Positions 50,997-64,000 of a DNA stretch of 64,000 nt are shown piece after piece. The position numbers and the translations under genes were made by a program. Below the pieces are notes generated by a model that saw only the letters and a list, made by a program, of their open reading frames with translations, was not told the origin of the DNA and did no database searches. The DNA lies in the NCBI GenBank assembly GCA_964016885.1, contig OZ024743.1:219108001-219172000 (forward strand). The letters are read 5' to 3'. Source of the DNA: Eledone cirrhosa. Lineage: Eukaryota. How positions within the stretch are numbered: the first letter of the stretch is position 1; every line of letters begins with the position of its first letter.

Positions 50997-52789
50997 TTGT
51001 TTATGCAACACTTAAACAAACCACTGGTTTTTAAGAGGTGCAGTTACATACATGATGGTCCTCTGTACAATTTCTAATCTGCCAAATTTCACACTCGAAG
51101 CATTGGTCAGCCTGAGGTTATAGCAGAAAACACTTGTGCAAGGTGCTGCCATACAGTAGGGTTGACTATAAAACTGTGTTGTTGTAAAGAAAACTTTTAA
51201 ACCATAGCCACACCAATGACTATACAACAGTGAAATCATATTCTTGTAAGTTGTAAGAAGTGACTAAGAGGGTTGGTAGAGAAAAAAGCATCCAGCCATA
51301 ATACACAGATGAATATGAGAGTAATGATAATGATATAGCCAATAAGAAATTAATAAGTCAAATGAATTTCTCTAACATAAATATATCTTAGTAGAGCACA
51401 TCAAATTACCATTTTTTGTAGTAAAGCCAGGCTAGAATTGAACTGTAAATGTGTTTTTCGAACCAGGCATAGATAGACAACCTTTTTTCTAACATGTGGT
51501 GTGTAGGAGAGAAGACTGTTGGTATGACATATGATGCGCATGGATGATGATCGATGGGTGAAGTGCCAGGAAAAGCCTTAGTAGAGGTAAGGTAGATCAA
51601 GAAAAACTGGAGCAGGTGATGAGAGCTGACTTCAAATCACTGAGACTCACAGAGGAGAGGCTATACTGAGAAGGACCCATCCAACCCATGCAAGCATAGA
51701 AAAACGGACATAAAAATGATGATTTTTTTAACAGAGGGCGTTATGAGATGTTGCTCATCATAAAATCAGGCCACACCACTAAAAGCACCATTTAACATTA
51801 TTACATAGTAGTACACAAGTCATAAGAATTTGATTGAGAGGAAGAAAGAAATGTAATTGTTAAATTAACTTAGGCAGATATAAACATTATATGACAAAAA
51901 TGTGAGTAGGAAGTTATGTTTATATAATCATAATATGCATGTCATACAAAATGTTGCCTGAAGGTTGAAGGTTACTGAAGTCTGCTTTAAATAGTGCTTT
52001 TGTGCAGATATATAAAGTCAGTGTGAAAGACAGCTATTGGACTGCTTATAAAATATAGTTATTCAACTCTCCACGAATGTACTGAAAAGTTCATAGGCTG
52101 ATTATGAGTGGTACTAGAGCTGTGAAATCTTGCATGCATTAATTTCAACTCTTCTTACTAATAACTGCATTGTTTCTTTCTAGGAATTATGTTGAAAAAT
52201 AAACCTCGTTTGGTAATTCTTTGAGAGTATCTTGGTCAGTATGAACTTTTCAAATGAATTTTTCCATGCAATACAGATATGGTAAACGTTTTATGATTCA
52301 GAGACTGTACATGGTTTCTAAGAGTAGTTTTCTCATGTCATCAGCTATGTGTGTGTGTGTGACTGTGTGTCCACAAAGACACATGTGGGTAGGGACACAC
52401 ACAGCCAAGTGGTTAAGAAGTTCACTTCACAATTTAGCAGTCCTAAGTTCAATCTGACTACATGAAATCTGTAGCAAGTGTTTTTTAACCCTTCTAATAC
52501 TAAACTACCTGAAATCACCCTAAGTTGTAGGATACAACACTGTTCATATTAAAATGCCAGCTAAATAAGGAGAAAATAGATTGATTAAATCTCTCCAAAT
52601 AATTGATTAATTCAAAATCAATAGAAATTCATCAGCAAAATATTTTCATTATAAATACGTACGGCCTTCAGCTAATGCCTCCCAATTCTCCATATCAATA
52701 TTCCAAGCTAGCATGAGTTAAACAGGTTGCCTCATTATGAGACAAGCCAGGTCCGATGACCATGGCTTGCTCATCAGTATACAGTAACT

Positions 52790-53550
52790 CCCTGACAAGA
52801 GTGCCAAATGTTTGGGATTTAGTGTTAAATCTCTTAGATTAAAGATTTTGCTAGAAGTTCTAAATGGAAAGTAAACACTGATTTCGAAGTCTTGGAAGGC
52901 ATATATCCACAGCACAGCGAAGTAGATGGAGAACAGAGTGGGTACGGGTATGTCACCTTGCTTGACACCGTTTTCCAATGATATTGGCTCTGAAAGTGTC
53001 CCATTGAAGTTCACTTTTGCCTTTATATTTTGATTGAGCTTTTGAATATTCCAATAAATTCAGAAGGGCATCCAAGTTTCCCCAATATGTCCCACAATGC
53101 ACAGCAATTAACAGTATTGAAGGCTTTAGTAAAGTCCACAAATCCTTGGTACAGTGGCACTCACTGCTCAGATCTATTTTATTAGACAATTCAGCAGGAC
53201 CTTGAATAAGACTTTTCCTACTGATTCAAGCAGGCTCATACCACGATAATCCCTGTATTCAGACTTAGAGCTCTTGCCCATGTAAACTGATAGCACAATT
53301 GCATCTACCCAGTCTTGCAGGACAGGCTCACCATGATATACAGATAAAATTAGCCCATGAATAGCCATAACATTTTTTCGTCCAAAGCAGATAACCTCAA
53401 CAGGTATTCTATTCAAACCTAGAACTTTCCCTCTTTGATAATTGACTGTTTCTCATTAATGGTAGGATCATTCATCATTTTTGCCACAGTCACCTTTTGC
53501 AGCAGTCCATTAATAATTTCCTCATCAACTACAGATGGGTTATCAAACAA
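52790..53550 (-). mobile_element. degenerate BovB-like RTE fragment nested in a TTAA-flanked MITE (about 52485..53658)
   Basis: YRGMSLL..GKVL and NGVKQGD..PTLFSIYF in broken frames; outer ends ttaaccctt..aagggttaa. Confidence 0.7.
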
Positions 53551-54150
53551 ATTTTTAGTAATTAAATAATTATTACTTTATATTTCAATTCAATAATAAA
53601 GCATTTTGAGAAATTTACTAAAGTGCATTTCATTAGTGATACAGTCACAAAAGGGTTAACTCATTTTGATTCCACCACAATTTATTTCATTCTGCTTCCC
53701 AATCACATTTAAAAATATCCCATTTGCTAAAGATTATCTTTACTGTCATATTTGAGTGGTAAAAATCCTGCTTATAATCATAAAATTCCATATAATAAGG
53801 TTTCATATAGAAGCTGCTTTTATAGAAAATATAAAAAAATTATGCACCTATGTTAGAATGGAAAAAATTAATATAAATCAGCAAAGAAGAAAAAATGTTA
53901 TTTATACACACTTTACTGGCTTTGACATGAAATAATTCATAATTTTTTTTTCATTCTATATTTCTATCCTTTAGCTACTGCAGTAATTTTCTTTTCATCC
54001 CCCGCTATCTCTCTCTGTGTAAAGCATCAGGAACAAATCTTTTTTTATATCCACATCAACAATTTGTTAGCTGGGTTGTCACAGCCTATGACTAGATTGG
54101 TCAGGAAAGCACATCTTGCCCATACATTCCATATTTTGCATGGTTTATAC

Positions 54151-54805
54151 CAAAGGTTCTCAACGGGGGGCATATGCACCTGGGGGGGGGGGAGCAAAGC
54201 CGCGTTAGGGGGCGTGGGGGGGGGCTGGAAGGCTCTTTATTTTGGTAAGTTTTATAACCCATATTTGTATGTCTTTGAGACAGCCAGTGTGAATGCATTT
54301 GAATGAGCTTGCAGACAGCATAACTATAGTCTGACCGCAGCTGTGAGCAGGTGTGCAGGCATGTTCGGTAATTGAGACATTAACCGGTAATCGAGATCCT
54401 AAAAATGGAAAAACCCAGTCAACTGGGTCAAAGACACTTTGAGCGCAGCCAGTTAGAATCTTTTCTTTCCTTCACCGATAACAATGTATTTCATGTCTGA
54501 AATTATTGACTCAACCATAACGAGTTAACACTATGTAGATCTATTTTATTCCCTATTGTATAAATAATATTACAAATAAAAAAAAGAAAAGAAAAAACAG
54601 TACCGGGTAGCACACACATCTAGGATCACATACAACACATAATCAGATAATACACACATCTTTGGAATATTGTTAATCAATTTTTTAGTAATCTACTGAT
54701 ATAAAAATCAGTAGTATATTGGAAAATGGAAGGGAGGGGGGGGGGGGGGGTTCGTGATTCCGACGGACAAAAGGGGGTGTTTGGCCTATGGGTTGAGAAC
54801 CTGTG
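54151..54805. mobile_element. non-autonomous hAT (Charlie-like) transposon
   Basis: TIR CA(A/C)AGGTTCTCAAC (13/14 match); perfect 8-bp TSD GTTTATAC at 54143..54150 and 54806..54813; splits an older RTE-tail repeat. Confidence 0.9.
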
Positions 54806-55597
54806 GTTTATACAAATGGATGCTCCTAATGCCAATCACTTTACAGAGGGTACCTGGTACATTTTATCATAGCACCAACACTGCAATTTTACAGAGTGTA
54901 CTGAGTGCATTTTTTGTGGCACCAGCACTACAACTTTACAGAGTATATTGGATGCACTTTTGTGGCACCAGCACTACCACTACCCTATTCAAACAGCAAC
55001 CACTTTAGAGAGTAGTGGGACTATTTTATCGGGGTAGCAACACTAGAGAGGTTCTCAGGTACTTAACACGTACAGAGGGTACTCTCTATGTTTCCTTGGT
55101 CTTTCGATGAGGGGTTGTCGTATTGATTGCAAGCTAAAGGGACATGGTAAAGTGGTAGTCAACAGAGATAGCTAAGACTAAAAAGGATCCCTTCTTCCTG
55201 CAGAGAACATAACAACCTGTCTAGTACCGGTAACATAATAAAATACACCAAATGATTGGTGTTAGGAAGAGCATCCAGCCATAGAAACTATTGCAAATAC
55301 TGAAATGTGCAAGAAAGATGCAGTCCTCCGGTCTGAATAAGAACTGACTTGAGCCATAACCCATCATCCAACATATGCCAGCATGGAAAGCAGACAGTTG
55401 ATAATGATGATGATGGTGATGGTGATGGTGATGATGATAAACTTGGCAAATTTACAGCACTTGCTTACTTCTCAATTTAGATATTTATTTAATTCAATCT
55501 TTGGCTGAAGGTGACAGAACAAAGAGTCAAATTCATGTAAATTCCTTGACTAAGAAGGAAAAAAAAGAAAAGAAAACTTGTGTTGACAACTACTTAC

Positions 55598-55748
55598 CTA
55601 GCGAATGAGAAGCATCTTCTCCATTAGTGTTGGCATTCTCTGTCTTTATTTGGTGAGCTTTTGCAGCAGCTTGTTTCCTTGATTCTACAACATCTGGCAT
55701 TACGGCATCAATGAGCGGTAGTGATTCAATTCCCCTTTCCGAGCCATC
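55598..55748 (-). CDS. TBL1XR1: TBL1X/TBL1XR1 exon (F-box-like/linker)
   Basis: 151 bp; DGSERGIESLPLIDAVMPDVVESRKQAAAKAHQIKTENANTNGEDASHSL. Confidence 0.94.
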
Positions 55749-58124
55749 CTGCAAAGGTTAGAAAACATTATCAGCATTTCTAAAATACAGTTCACAAACA
55801 ATTGTTCTGAACATAAAACATCTCAGGTGATGAACAGTATCTCAAGAAACAAACACGCAAGCTGGCAAAAACGGTTGGCGACAAGTTTGGAGAATCTCTT
55901 GCTGTGTTACTATGGTGATATCTGTGTCTTTCACACACACACAGTCTCTCTCGCTCTCTCTCAACATTTTGTATGGGAAAAATAGCTTCAGTTTACTAAC
56001 ATTTCGGGTGATGAACAGCCTTCAAGAACGAATTAAGTTCATGAGCTGAGGTTCCACTGTAATTTCTATCCCCCAGTTTACATTTGCCTCCACCTATCAT
56101 TTTATGGGATATACCCTATATACTTTTATGTAAGGCGAGAGATATTGTGACAAAAATGTTGTTGTTTTTAATTTTTTTTTTTTTTTTTTTTTTTTTAAAT
56201 CTATGGTAAAAAGGGGTTTGACTTATATCCAAGGTCAATATTTTGCCAATTTTCACCAACTTCAAAATTATACATAAATGAGGTGTGAAAATATTTTCAC
56301 TTTAAAGGTGAATATTACACTTGTTTCACTTTCAACATGAAATTTGTATTTCCTATTGTTTTTGATGTTTTTTGAATGAATATGGCCTTCAAAACAGTTG
56401 GACATTGGTAAAAAATCATTATGTAATGTAGTTGTAAAACAAAATCTATACTGGACAGATTTTATGAGCAAAACCAACCAGCAGAAAACCCGGGGTAGAC
56501 CACAAGCAAGATGAGCTCAGCTGCGCTTGGGGATCCAGCTGGATCAATTGGAGACAGTTGCTTCAGGTAAGACCCAGTGGAATTTTATGCTTGAGGACTG
56601 CCCCTACAATTCTCTCAAGAATAAGTGGATGTAGAAGACAACACTATCATCAGTTTAAAAAGAACTTATCTACAATCCTTAGTGAATTCTTTGAATAGTT
56701 GCTCTTCAATTCATGACTGCACAAATGTGCTTACTGCAAAGTATAAAGAATAATAGAATATAGTGTATTCCAATCCAATCCCTTTTCACTCCTGCTGGAG
56801 GCACTCCTCCCTGGTTGACCTCCACCACTTTCTGTTTGGCTTTGGTCATGTCAGAGGTGTAGCCATACTCACCACGCTTGGCCAACTGCAGGTTGTTGAA
56901 GCTATTGAAACCCTAGTTGGAGTGGATGGCCATTGACTGAGGAGTTCATCTGTCCTTTTTTTTTTAACAGCTCTTGTTTTTTTGTGCTGCTAGGGTTCCA
57001 CTGATGCTCCTCATCAGACCAGGGTTTGGTGGGGAGCTGGTTTAGTCACCCCACCCCCCTCAACCATGAAGCAGGTTGTACTAGGTTACATGGTACCGGA
57101 AGCAGGCAACAGCCTGGCCTGTATTATTACATGTTTAATATATGGTAACTATAAAGTTAAGTAACACTGGTTTTGTTAGACATTAAGCAATATATTGGTG
57201 CTGGTGCGTCACATGCAATATGTAGATGTTAAGGTCAATGCAGCTATTTGTTATGACAAAATAACATAAAACAACAGTATCAGAATAACAAACTTCAACT
57301 TGAAACTTTGTTTTTTGCTGTTAAAGTTTTATTGCTTAACCATGAGTGCTTTGGAGTATTTATTTAACTCTTTATTAGAGAGGTTGGATTTTATTCCTAC
57401 TGTTAAACTGTAAGGAGGGGAAAGGAAGAAAACTGCTACACTGAGAGTGGAAACACACATGTACCCTTACTACTCAGAAATACTAAATATGGGATTTGGT
57501 GGCAGCTTCTTTTTCCATCTTTTAAGAGTCTTCACCCTATTTTATAAGCTATTTTGTGGTCTGCACTTGAGTACATCATCTTTTATACTTATATATACTA
57601 AATATTTAGTTCTATGTATCCAACACCCTTTACAATTCAAGATAGAGATCTGCTTAATGAAATGTGCCTCTGCAATCCAGCCATAAAATATTGCCTCAAA
57701 AAGGGGTCTCATAATGAGTATGAAGCCTATAATGGAAGCTGTAAGGCTACCCACTGTGATGCTAGTGCTGTGAATTCTTGCATGCATTAATTTCAACTCT
57801 TCTTATTAATAACTGCATGGTTTCTTTCTAGGGATCATGTTGAAAAAAAACACCTCATTTGGTTGTTCCTATGAACTTTTCAGCCTTGTAATTCAAAGAT
57901 CTAAATGTCGGTGTTGCTGTTTAGCTCTAAGTAAAGCCAGTATATCAGACAAATAACTAAATGCAATTGATCCACAAATCCCTTAACACAGATATACTGT
58001 GTCTCTGCCTAATGGAGGATCATACAGTGCATTATCATATGGAGTGCCAAGTAGGGGTGCAAGCATGTTGCTTTTTCTTATTATCTAAGCTGTATAGCTA
58101 AGTAGATTCTGGGTTCATAGATAC

Positions 58125-58379
58125 AGCTTGACTGAATGGTTAAAAAGTTTGCTTTACAGGTTCAGTCCCATTGCCAGACCTCTTGAGCAAGTGTCCCTCA
58201 CCATAGCCTCAAGTCAACCCAATCCTAAAATTTGGAAAGTGGAAACCATTTGAAAGCCTGTCAAATACTGTACCTATAATTCAAAGAGCTAAACTTCTCA
58301 CACAGTGTCATGCTGAGCCTCCCTGAGAATTATACTATGGGTACATATGTCTGAAGTACTCAACCACTAACACGTTAAT
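58125..58379 (+). mobile_element. tRNA-derived SINE family C (diverged)
   Basis: TGGTTAAAAAGTTTGC..GGTTCAGTCCC..CTTGAGCAAGTG; related pieces at about 2640..2900(-), 18125..18265(+), 51045..51215(-), 52400..52483(+). Confidence 0.55.
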
Positions 58380-58605
58380 TTAACCCTTTAACTTTTACAT
58401 TACTCTATATTTACTATCGTATTTTCATGGTAAACACTTTATCTCACATAATTATTTCACATGATATCAAATCTACAAGATTTTGATACTATTTATTTTG
58501 AGAATACCTTAACGTAAGTATGAGCAGCCGGTTACGGCCGGTTTGAACAGAAAGAGGTGAGGGAATTTTGGCCGGATATGGCCAGTTTAAATGCTAAAAG
58601 GTTAA
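58380..58605. mobile_element. piggyBac-type MITE (opposite orientation)
   Basis: TTAA CCCTTTA..TAAATGCTAAAAGG TTAA. Confidence 0.87.
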
Positions 58606-59508
58606 TGAGGAGACTATTCCATTGGTTGACAATTGGGACACTGGTTAATGAAACCAAGAGTGGTCCATTTCCTAATAGGTTCAATGGAAATAGAAGCAAG
58701 ATGGACTTGCACAGAGCAACACAGTTGAGAATACTCTGCTTTCATTATTAGGGTGTGTATCACTGTGTTAAGGACTATTAAGGGTATTGATACTGCTGCT
58801 ATTTGTGAGTGCATTTCATATTTCCTGGGTGTGGGGGAGGGCAGTTTAAAATGGTGTTGTAAATACACCAGGGTGTTTGGTGAACAGATAGTACAGGAAG
58901 TAGCCGAGACTGTGAAAGGAACTTGCTACAGCTCTAAACTATACTCTTCACATGTCCAAGATGTCTTATTTTGAATAAGTAGTAGTCTATATGCAGTAGG
59001 TAATGATCCAAAGTTCAGTTTTATATTTCTTTGTAGTCTGATTTAGAAATTGAGGAACCAGTCAGGACGGCATAAGACATTATGGAAATATACGTAAAGA
59101 CAATATAGATTCAACTTATTTTACAAATTTACATGTAACAAATGAAAAAGCACAAATATGAATTGGTTTAAAAACAAAATTATTAACCTGAGCAAGAAAA
59201 ACAAAATAAATTTAACTCATAACATCCTGTAATAATTCAGCAAAAAATGATTTTGATAATTCAAATGTTCATACTATATCATGCTATATATTATAGTATC
59301 TTATACAGATCATTGTGAAAATTTGCAAAGAGTTAAAACTTTAGCTTTTAATGTAATGCAGTCATGCTATTTTGCACTTTTCAAGATGTTTTTCTAATGT
59401 GGTTTCATGTAGCACAGGATGTTAAGAATGAATTAATTAATTAGATACTGTTTTTGTTTTTTTTTGTACCTTAGGTGACAAAAAAGTATAACAAATCTGG
59501 TTTCTTAC

Positions 59509-59654
59509 CTCTCCAATACTAATTTCAGCTTCTGTGTACTGTAGACCTTTCTGAATGATATTTAGTAAAGCTCCAGGAGGAACCAAGGCTCCATTGATAT
59601 TTGATTGGCTTATATGACTTTCAATTCCAAAAGTATATGCCGAATGAATGAAGC
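59509..59654 (-). CDS. TBL1XR1: TBL1X/TBL1XR1 exon (LisH, second coding exon; first coding exon not found in window)
   Basis: 146 bp; [49 protein letters not shown]; starts in phase 1. Confidence 0.96.
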
Positions 59655-59676
59655 CTTGAAAATAAATAAACATAAT

Positions 59677-59707
<31 letters not shown>

Positions 59708-60742
59708 TGGAATGTTGCTGAACAAAAAGAAATGGATAGGAAGACTAGGAAGCTATTGACTATCTACATGTTCCACAAGAGGAGTGATGTCGATAGACTC
59801 TACTACTTAAGGAGATCTGAAGGTGGAAGAGGTCTTATCAGCATAGAGGATTGTGTTCAGATGGAGAAAACAATAGACCAGGGGATGTCCAAGGAGGAAG
59901 AGCAACCTTCATGAAAAATCCCTTCATAGTACCTTCTTTGAGAAAACTGAATTTAGAGATCCACAGACATGGAACTGGTTAAAAAGAGACCTTTAAAAGG
60001 CTACAGAAGGAATGCTAATGGCTGTGCAAGAGCAGGCACTCAAAACGAAGTGGGTGAAACACCATATTTACAAGGAGCAGGCTAGCCCACTGTGTAGGAT
60101 CTGTGGAGAGAGAGAGGAGACTGTGGCTCACATCGTATCCGAGTGTAAACACCTAGCCCAGACTCACTATAAAGGCTGGAGACATGATGTGATGGGCAGG
60201 GTGATCCACTGGCACCTATGCAAAGTAAACAATTTACCACATTCTGAGAAGTGGTATGAGCATAAGCCAGAGTCGGTGATAGAAAACAATCAGGTGAAGG
60301 TGCTATGGGATTTTAGGATACAGACGGATAAGAAACTGGAACACAATAGGCCTGACCTGGTGGTTTTGGACAAGGAAAAAAGATTGTGTCTGATTGTAGA
60401 TGTAACCTGCCCATTTGACACGAGAGTGCAAGAAAAGGAGAGGGATAAAATTAACCAACACCAGGACTTAAAGTGGGAGGTAAAAAGGATTTGGAACTGC
60501 CATGAAGTCAGAGTCGTCCCGATTGTCATAAGCGCACTAGGTACTATCTCAAAGAGTTTCCAAGGATGGTTAAAGAAAATTAGTCCAGCCCCGCTTTTTG
60601 GAACACTTCAAAAGGCATGCTTGCTGGGAACAGTAAGAACCCTCCGATATGTCCTGAATATCTGAGGCTGCAGGTAGCGGCTTGATATTCATTTCAACAA
60701 ACTTTCCAGTTAAATAACATCAATGACTGAGACTCAAAGAAC
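59708..60742 (+). mobile_element. 5'-truncated Dong/R4-clade RLE non-LTR retrotransposon in a (TAA)n tract
   Basis: [25 protein letters not shown] knuckle CRICGEREETVAHIVSEC, RHD, RPDLVVLD..IVDV..K restriction-like endonuclease; (TAA)n on both flanks, the known Dong target. Confidence 0.88.
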
Positions 60743-60774
60743 AATAATAATGACAATAATAGCAGTAAAAATAA

Positions 60775-61005
60775 TAATCATTTCTACTTTTGGCACAAAG
60801 CCAGCAATCTGAAAGGAAGAATAACGTCAATTAAATCAACACCAGTGGATTACTGGAATGTTAATGGTACTTTATTTTATTGACTCCTGTAAGGATTAAA
60901 AGACAAAGCTAACCGCGGCAGGATTTGAACTCAAAACGTAAAAGGCCATAACTATATGCCACAAAGCATGTTGTCCGACACTCTGCCAATACTGCCAATC
61001 CACCA
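60775..61005 (-). mobile_element. SINE family B copy
   Basis: reverse complement of 42872..43090; further fragments at about 61068..61350. Confidence 0.8.
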
Positions 61006-64000
61006 CATTTAATGATAATGTTTTATTTATTTATTTATTTATTTATTCTTTAAATTTATTTTTTATTGTTTCTAACATAGGCACAAGGTCAGAAATTAGG
61101 AGAGAGGTATTCATTTAAATTGATCCCAGTACTTGATTAACTCCAAAAGGGAATGTTGATTTTGCTGGGTTTTAAAATCAGAATGTAAAGAGGCAGAAGA
61201 AATATTGCTAGACATTTGGTACTTTCACAATTTTGCCAATTCACCGTCTTATTAATGATTTCTAATTTAAACACAAGGTCAGTAATTTGTGGGGAGGGAA
61301 AGTCAGTTATATTGACCCTAGAAGGATGAAAGACGAAGTTGACATTAGGATTACAGATGATCAATAGCAAACTATGTATATAATTTTACACACATGAAAG
61401 TCATTTTTGCTTTTGCATGAGACATCAACATGAACTTTTCAGCCGACTCTTGTACTCACTGTAACAACTTAATCTCAAACTTTCAACTATTTTTTGTAAA
61501 TGGAGACATTTTTCAAATCATAACAGTCTAACCACCATCACTATCATTTTACATCCAATTTCCATACTGACATGGATTGGGCAGGTTGTTATGGTCCAAG
61601 ACCAGACAGGTCAGAGTGGCCTTATCTTGCTCATTTTGTTTAATATTTGGCATGGTTTGTATGGCTAGATGCTCTTCTTATTGCCAAATGACCTTAGTGT
61701 ATACTGAGTGTGCTTTTCATGGCACCATCATTACCACTAAATAGAATGGACTGGGTGTGTTTTATTGTGCACTAATACTAACACTTTAAAGGCATACCGA
61801 GTGGTAGTTTATTGTGGCACCAGCACTTTAGATGTTGGCATATGTTTGGTGCTTAGAGGAAAAACAAAAAAAAATCACAGAAGATATTTTAGACTGAATA
61901 AATTAAACGATGACTACAATTAAAACCATCCATACAAATTTAACCTAACTTTAATCATCTTCGTTTAACGTCCATTTTTCCATGCTGGCATGGGTTAGAT
62001 GAGTTATCCTGTTGTGAACAATGCTAGGTCAGGTGGCCATGTCATGCTCATCTACATAATTTTATTGCTGCACCTCTAAAATTACATATTTTCATTTTAT
62101 CAGATATCTTTGTATAAATCAGGGCAGAGTTGACAGCTTCTATTGATATAATAAATCTGCTTAAAGAAAAGCAGATAAATAAAAGCCAATTGGGCAAGTT
62201 TCAACATCTAAAAAATATGAAGTTGTTTTGAATTGTGTGATATGATATAAAGAACTGGAATATCAATGACAATGAAAAAAGATTTTGAAAAGTTGCTATG
62301 AAAGACAACTGAATAAAATGTGTATGAAAGGGATAAGATATTAACCCTTTAGTTGCCAATCCAGTTAAAACCAGCTCTTGTTCTATTGAATAAACCACCC
62401 ATTTTAAAGGTTTCCAATTTAAATCAAAATCTTCTAAGATAATTTTATATAAGAACTTTACATTAAGTTACTATTTTAGTAATGAAATAATTAATAATTT
62501 TAGTAATTCCCTCGAAGGTCTTCATTAATTAATTAAAATAGAGTGTATTTCATCAGAAATGTATTCATGAAAAGTTTAAATCAGGTGTGTGTAAATGGAA
62601 TATGCTATTGAACAAAGTGTATGCAAGAGTTAGGCAACTGAACAAAATGCATATAATGGATTTTCTTGACCCTACTGGATATTCAGCTGAGTCAATAGGG
62701 AAATCAGTTCCAGAGATTAGAAGGATGATGGTGAATAAAAAAAAAAATTAGATAGGTTAATCCTTCCATCACCACATTTTTAATGTAAGACATTGCCAAT
62801 GATTTTCAAATAATTTTGAAAATCATTATATATAACTTTATTATTAAGCTGGATACAATATATATGTATCATCATCATCGTTATTTTTACAACAGTTTTT
62901 CCATATCTGCTTGGGTTGAAGATCCTTTTCTGGCAGGTTTTGTTAAGTCAGATGCCCTTTGTGATATCAACATATCTTACTTTAAGTGTGGTGGTTTGTT
63001 GAACCACTACACTGAACATTATTTATGAAGGACTTAAAAACAACAGTTGCCACGGTCAATATGATGTTTGCAGTGACTGGCATAGCCATACCTGTATACA
63101 CACATGACAGGCTCCCTTATACTTTTTGTCAACTAAAGCTCTTTGTAAAGTCAGCCCATACTTTATTTTAAGTATGAGGGTTTGTTGAATTGCTACACTG
63201 CAAGAACAACTGTCACCACAGATTTATAATCAATGGGTATGTGTGTATGCCTATTACTACAAGCATCACATCTGATCTGACTTGTTTCACAATGGGACAA
63301 CTCGTCTAACCCATGCTAGCATGGAAAAAATGAATGTTAAACAGTGATGATGATGGGAAAGACAGGTATGGTTGTGTGTGAGTGTTAATATGGATTTGTG
63401 GTTAGCTTGTCAGATGACCATGTTTTGCTCATACAGAACTGATTTTGGCTTGGTTTCTTTGGATGCCTTTCCTAATGCTAACTTCATTAACAGTGTGGAC
63501 TGGGTGCTTCTTGTCATAGCACTGAAACGTCCACCTTACAGTGCGGACTGGGCGCTTTTTATCATGGCAGCACCAAAACAACCACTTCGCAGTGCAGGCT
63601 GGGGTCTGGAGTAGGGGAGGTGCATGGATGTGATATTTGAAACTGTGAATGCTGATTGTGGAGTAAACTTGATTGAAAAAATCTTGACCAATACTGCTAT
63701 GATTAGGGTGCTCACTAATAGCAGAGGTGACCGAAATATAGCAACAATAGGTGCACAAAGACTAAAATAACATCTAGTAGCCTGACAACAGCTTCATGTG
63801 AACCCTATGTACTAAAATATGTTAGCAACATAAATAAGCCCAGACAAAGCCATTGACTGCTCAGATGACTTGCCAGGATAACAGATGAATTGATATCTAA
63901 ATAACATTGTTTTATAAAGTCTGGCAAAGGTGCGGAGTTAAATTACAAATAAGACTAAGTACAAATAAATTGAGAAGGTAAAGTTGCTTTCAAAGGCCTT

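Noticed and set aside
59710-64000. First coding exon of TBL1 (MSxSSDEVNFLVYRYLQES)
   Set aside because: No matching minus-strand sequence found; presumably outside the window.

Overview
AT-rich, repeat-dense eukaryotic DNA; the SINE/RTE repeat content suggests a coleoid cephalopod such as Octopus (inference, not proven). Two convergent spliced genes were reconstructed by hand from GT-AG boundaries. On + are the last seven coding exons of a GPR180 homolog (94..8207). On - are 13 coding exons of a TBL1X/TBL1XR1 (ebi) LisH-WD40 corepressor (59654 down to stop at 12378); its first coding exon is not seen and probably lies beyond 64000. The introns hold many mobile elements: a near full-length RTE LINE, a second RTE copy, a CR1-group LINE, a Dong/R4-type RLE LINE in a (TAA)n tract, Vingi-like and BovB-like fragments, tRNA-derived SINEs, and mariner, pogo, piggyBac and hAT MITEs. 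The two most interesting signals are candidate translational recoding sites in LINEs. (1) Two diverged RTE copies share one in-frame TGA in the WWW motif between endonuclease and RT, suggesting readthrough or UGA->UGI editing. (2) The CR1-group element has a G GGA AAC slippery heptamer right before the ORF1 stop, an AUG-less ORF2 in the -1 frame and a perfect 15-bp stem downstream.
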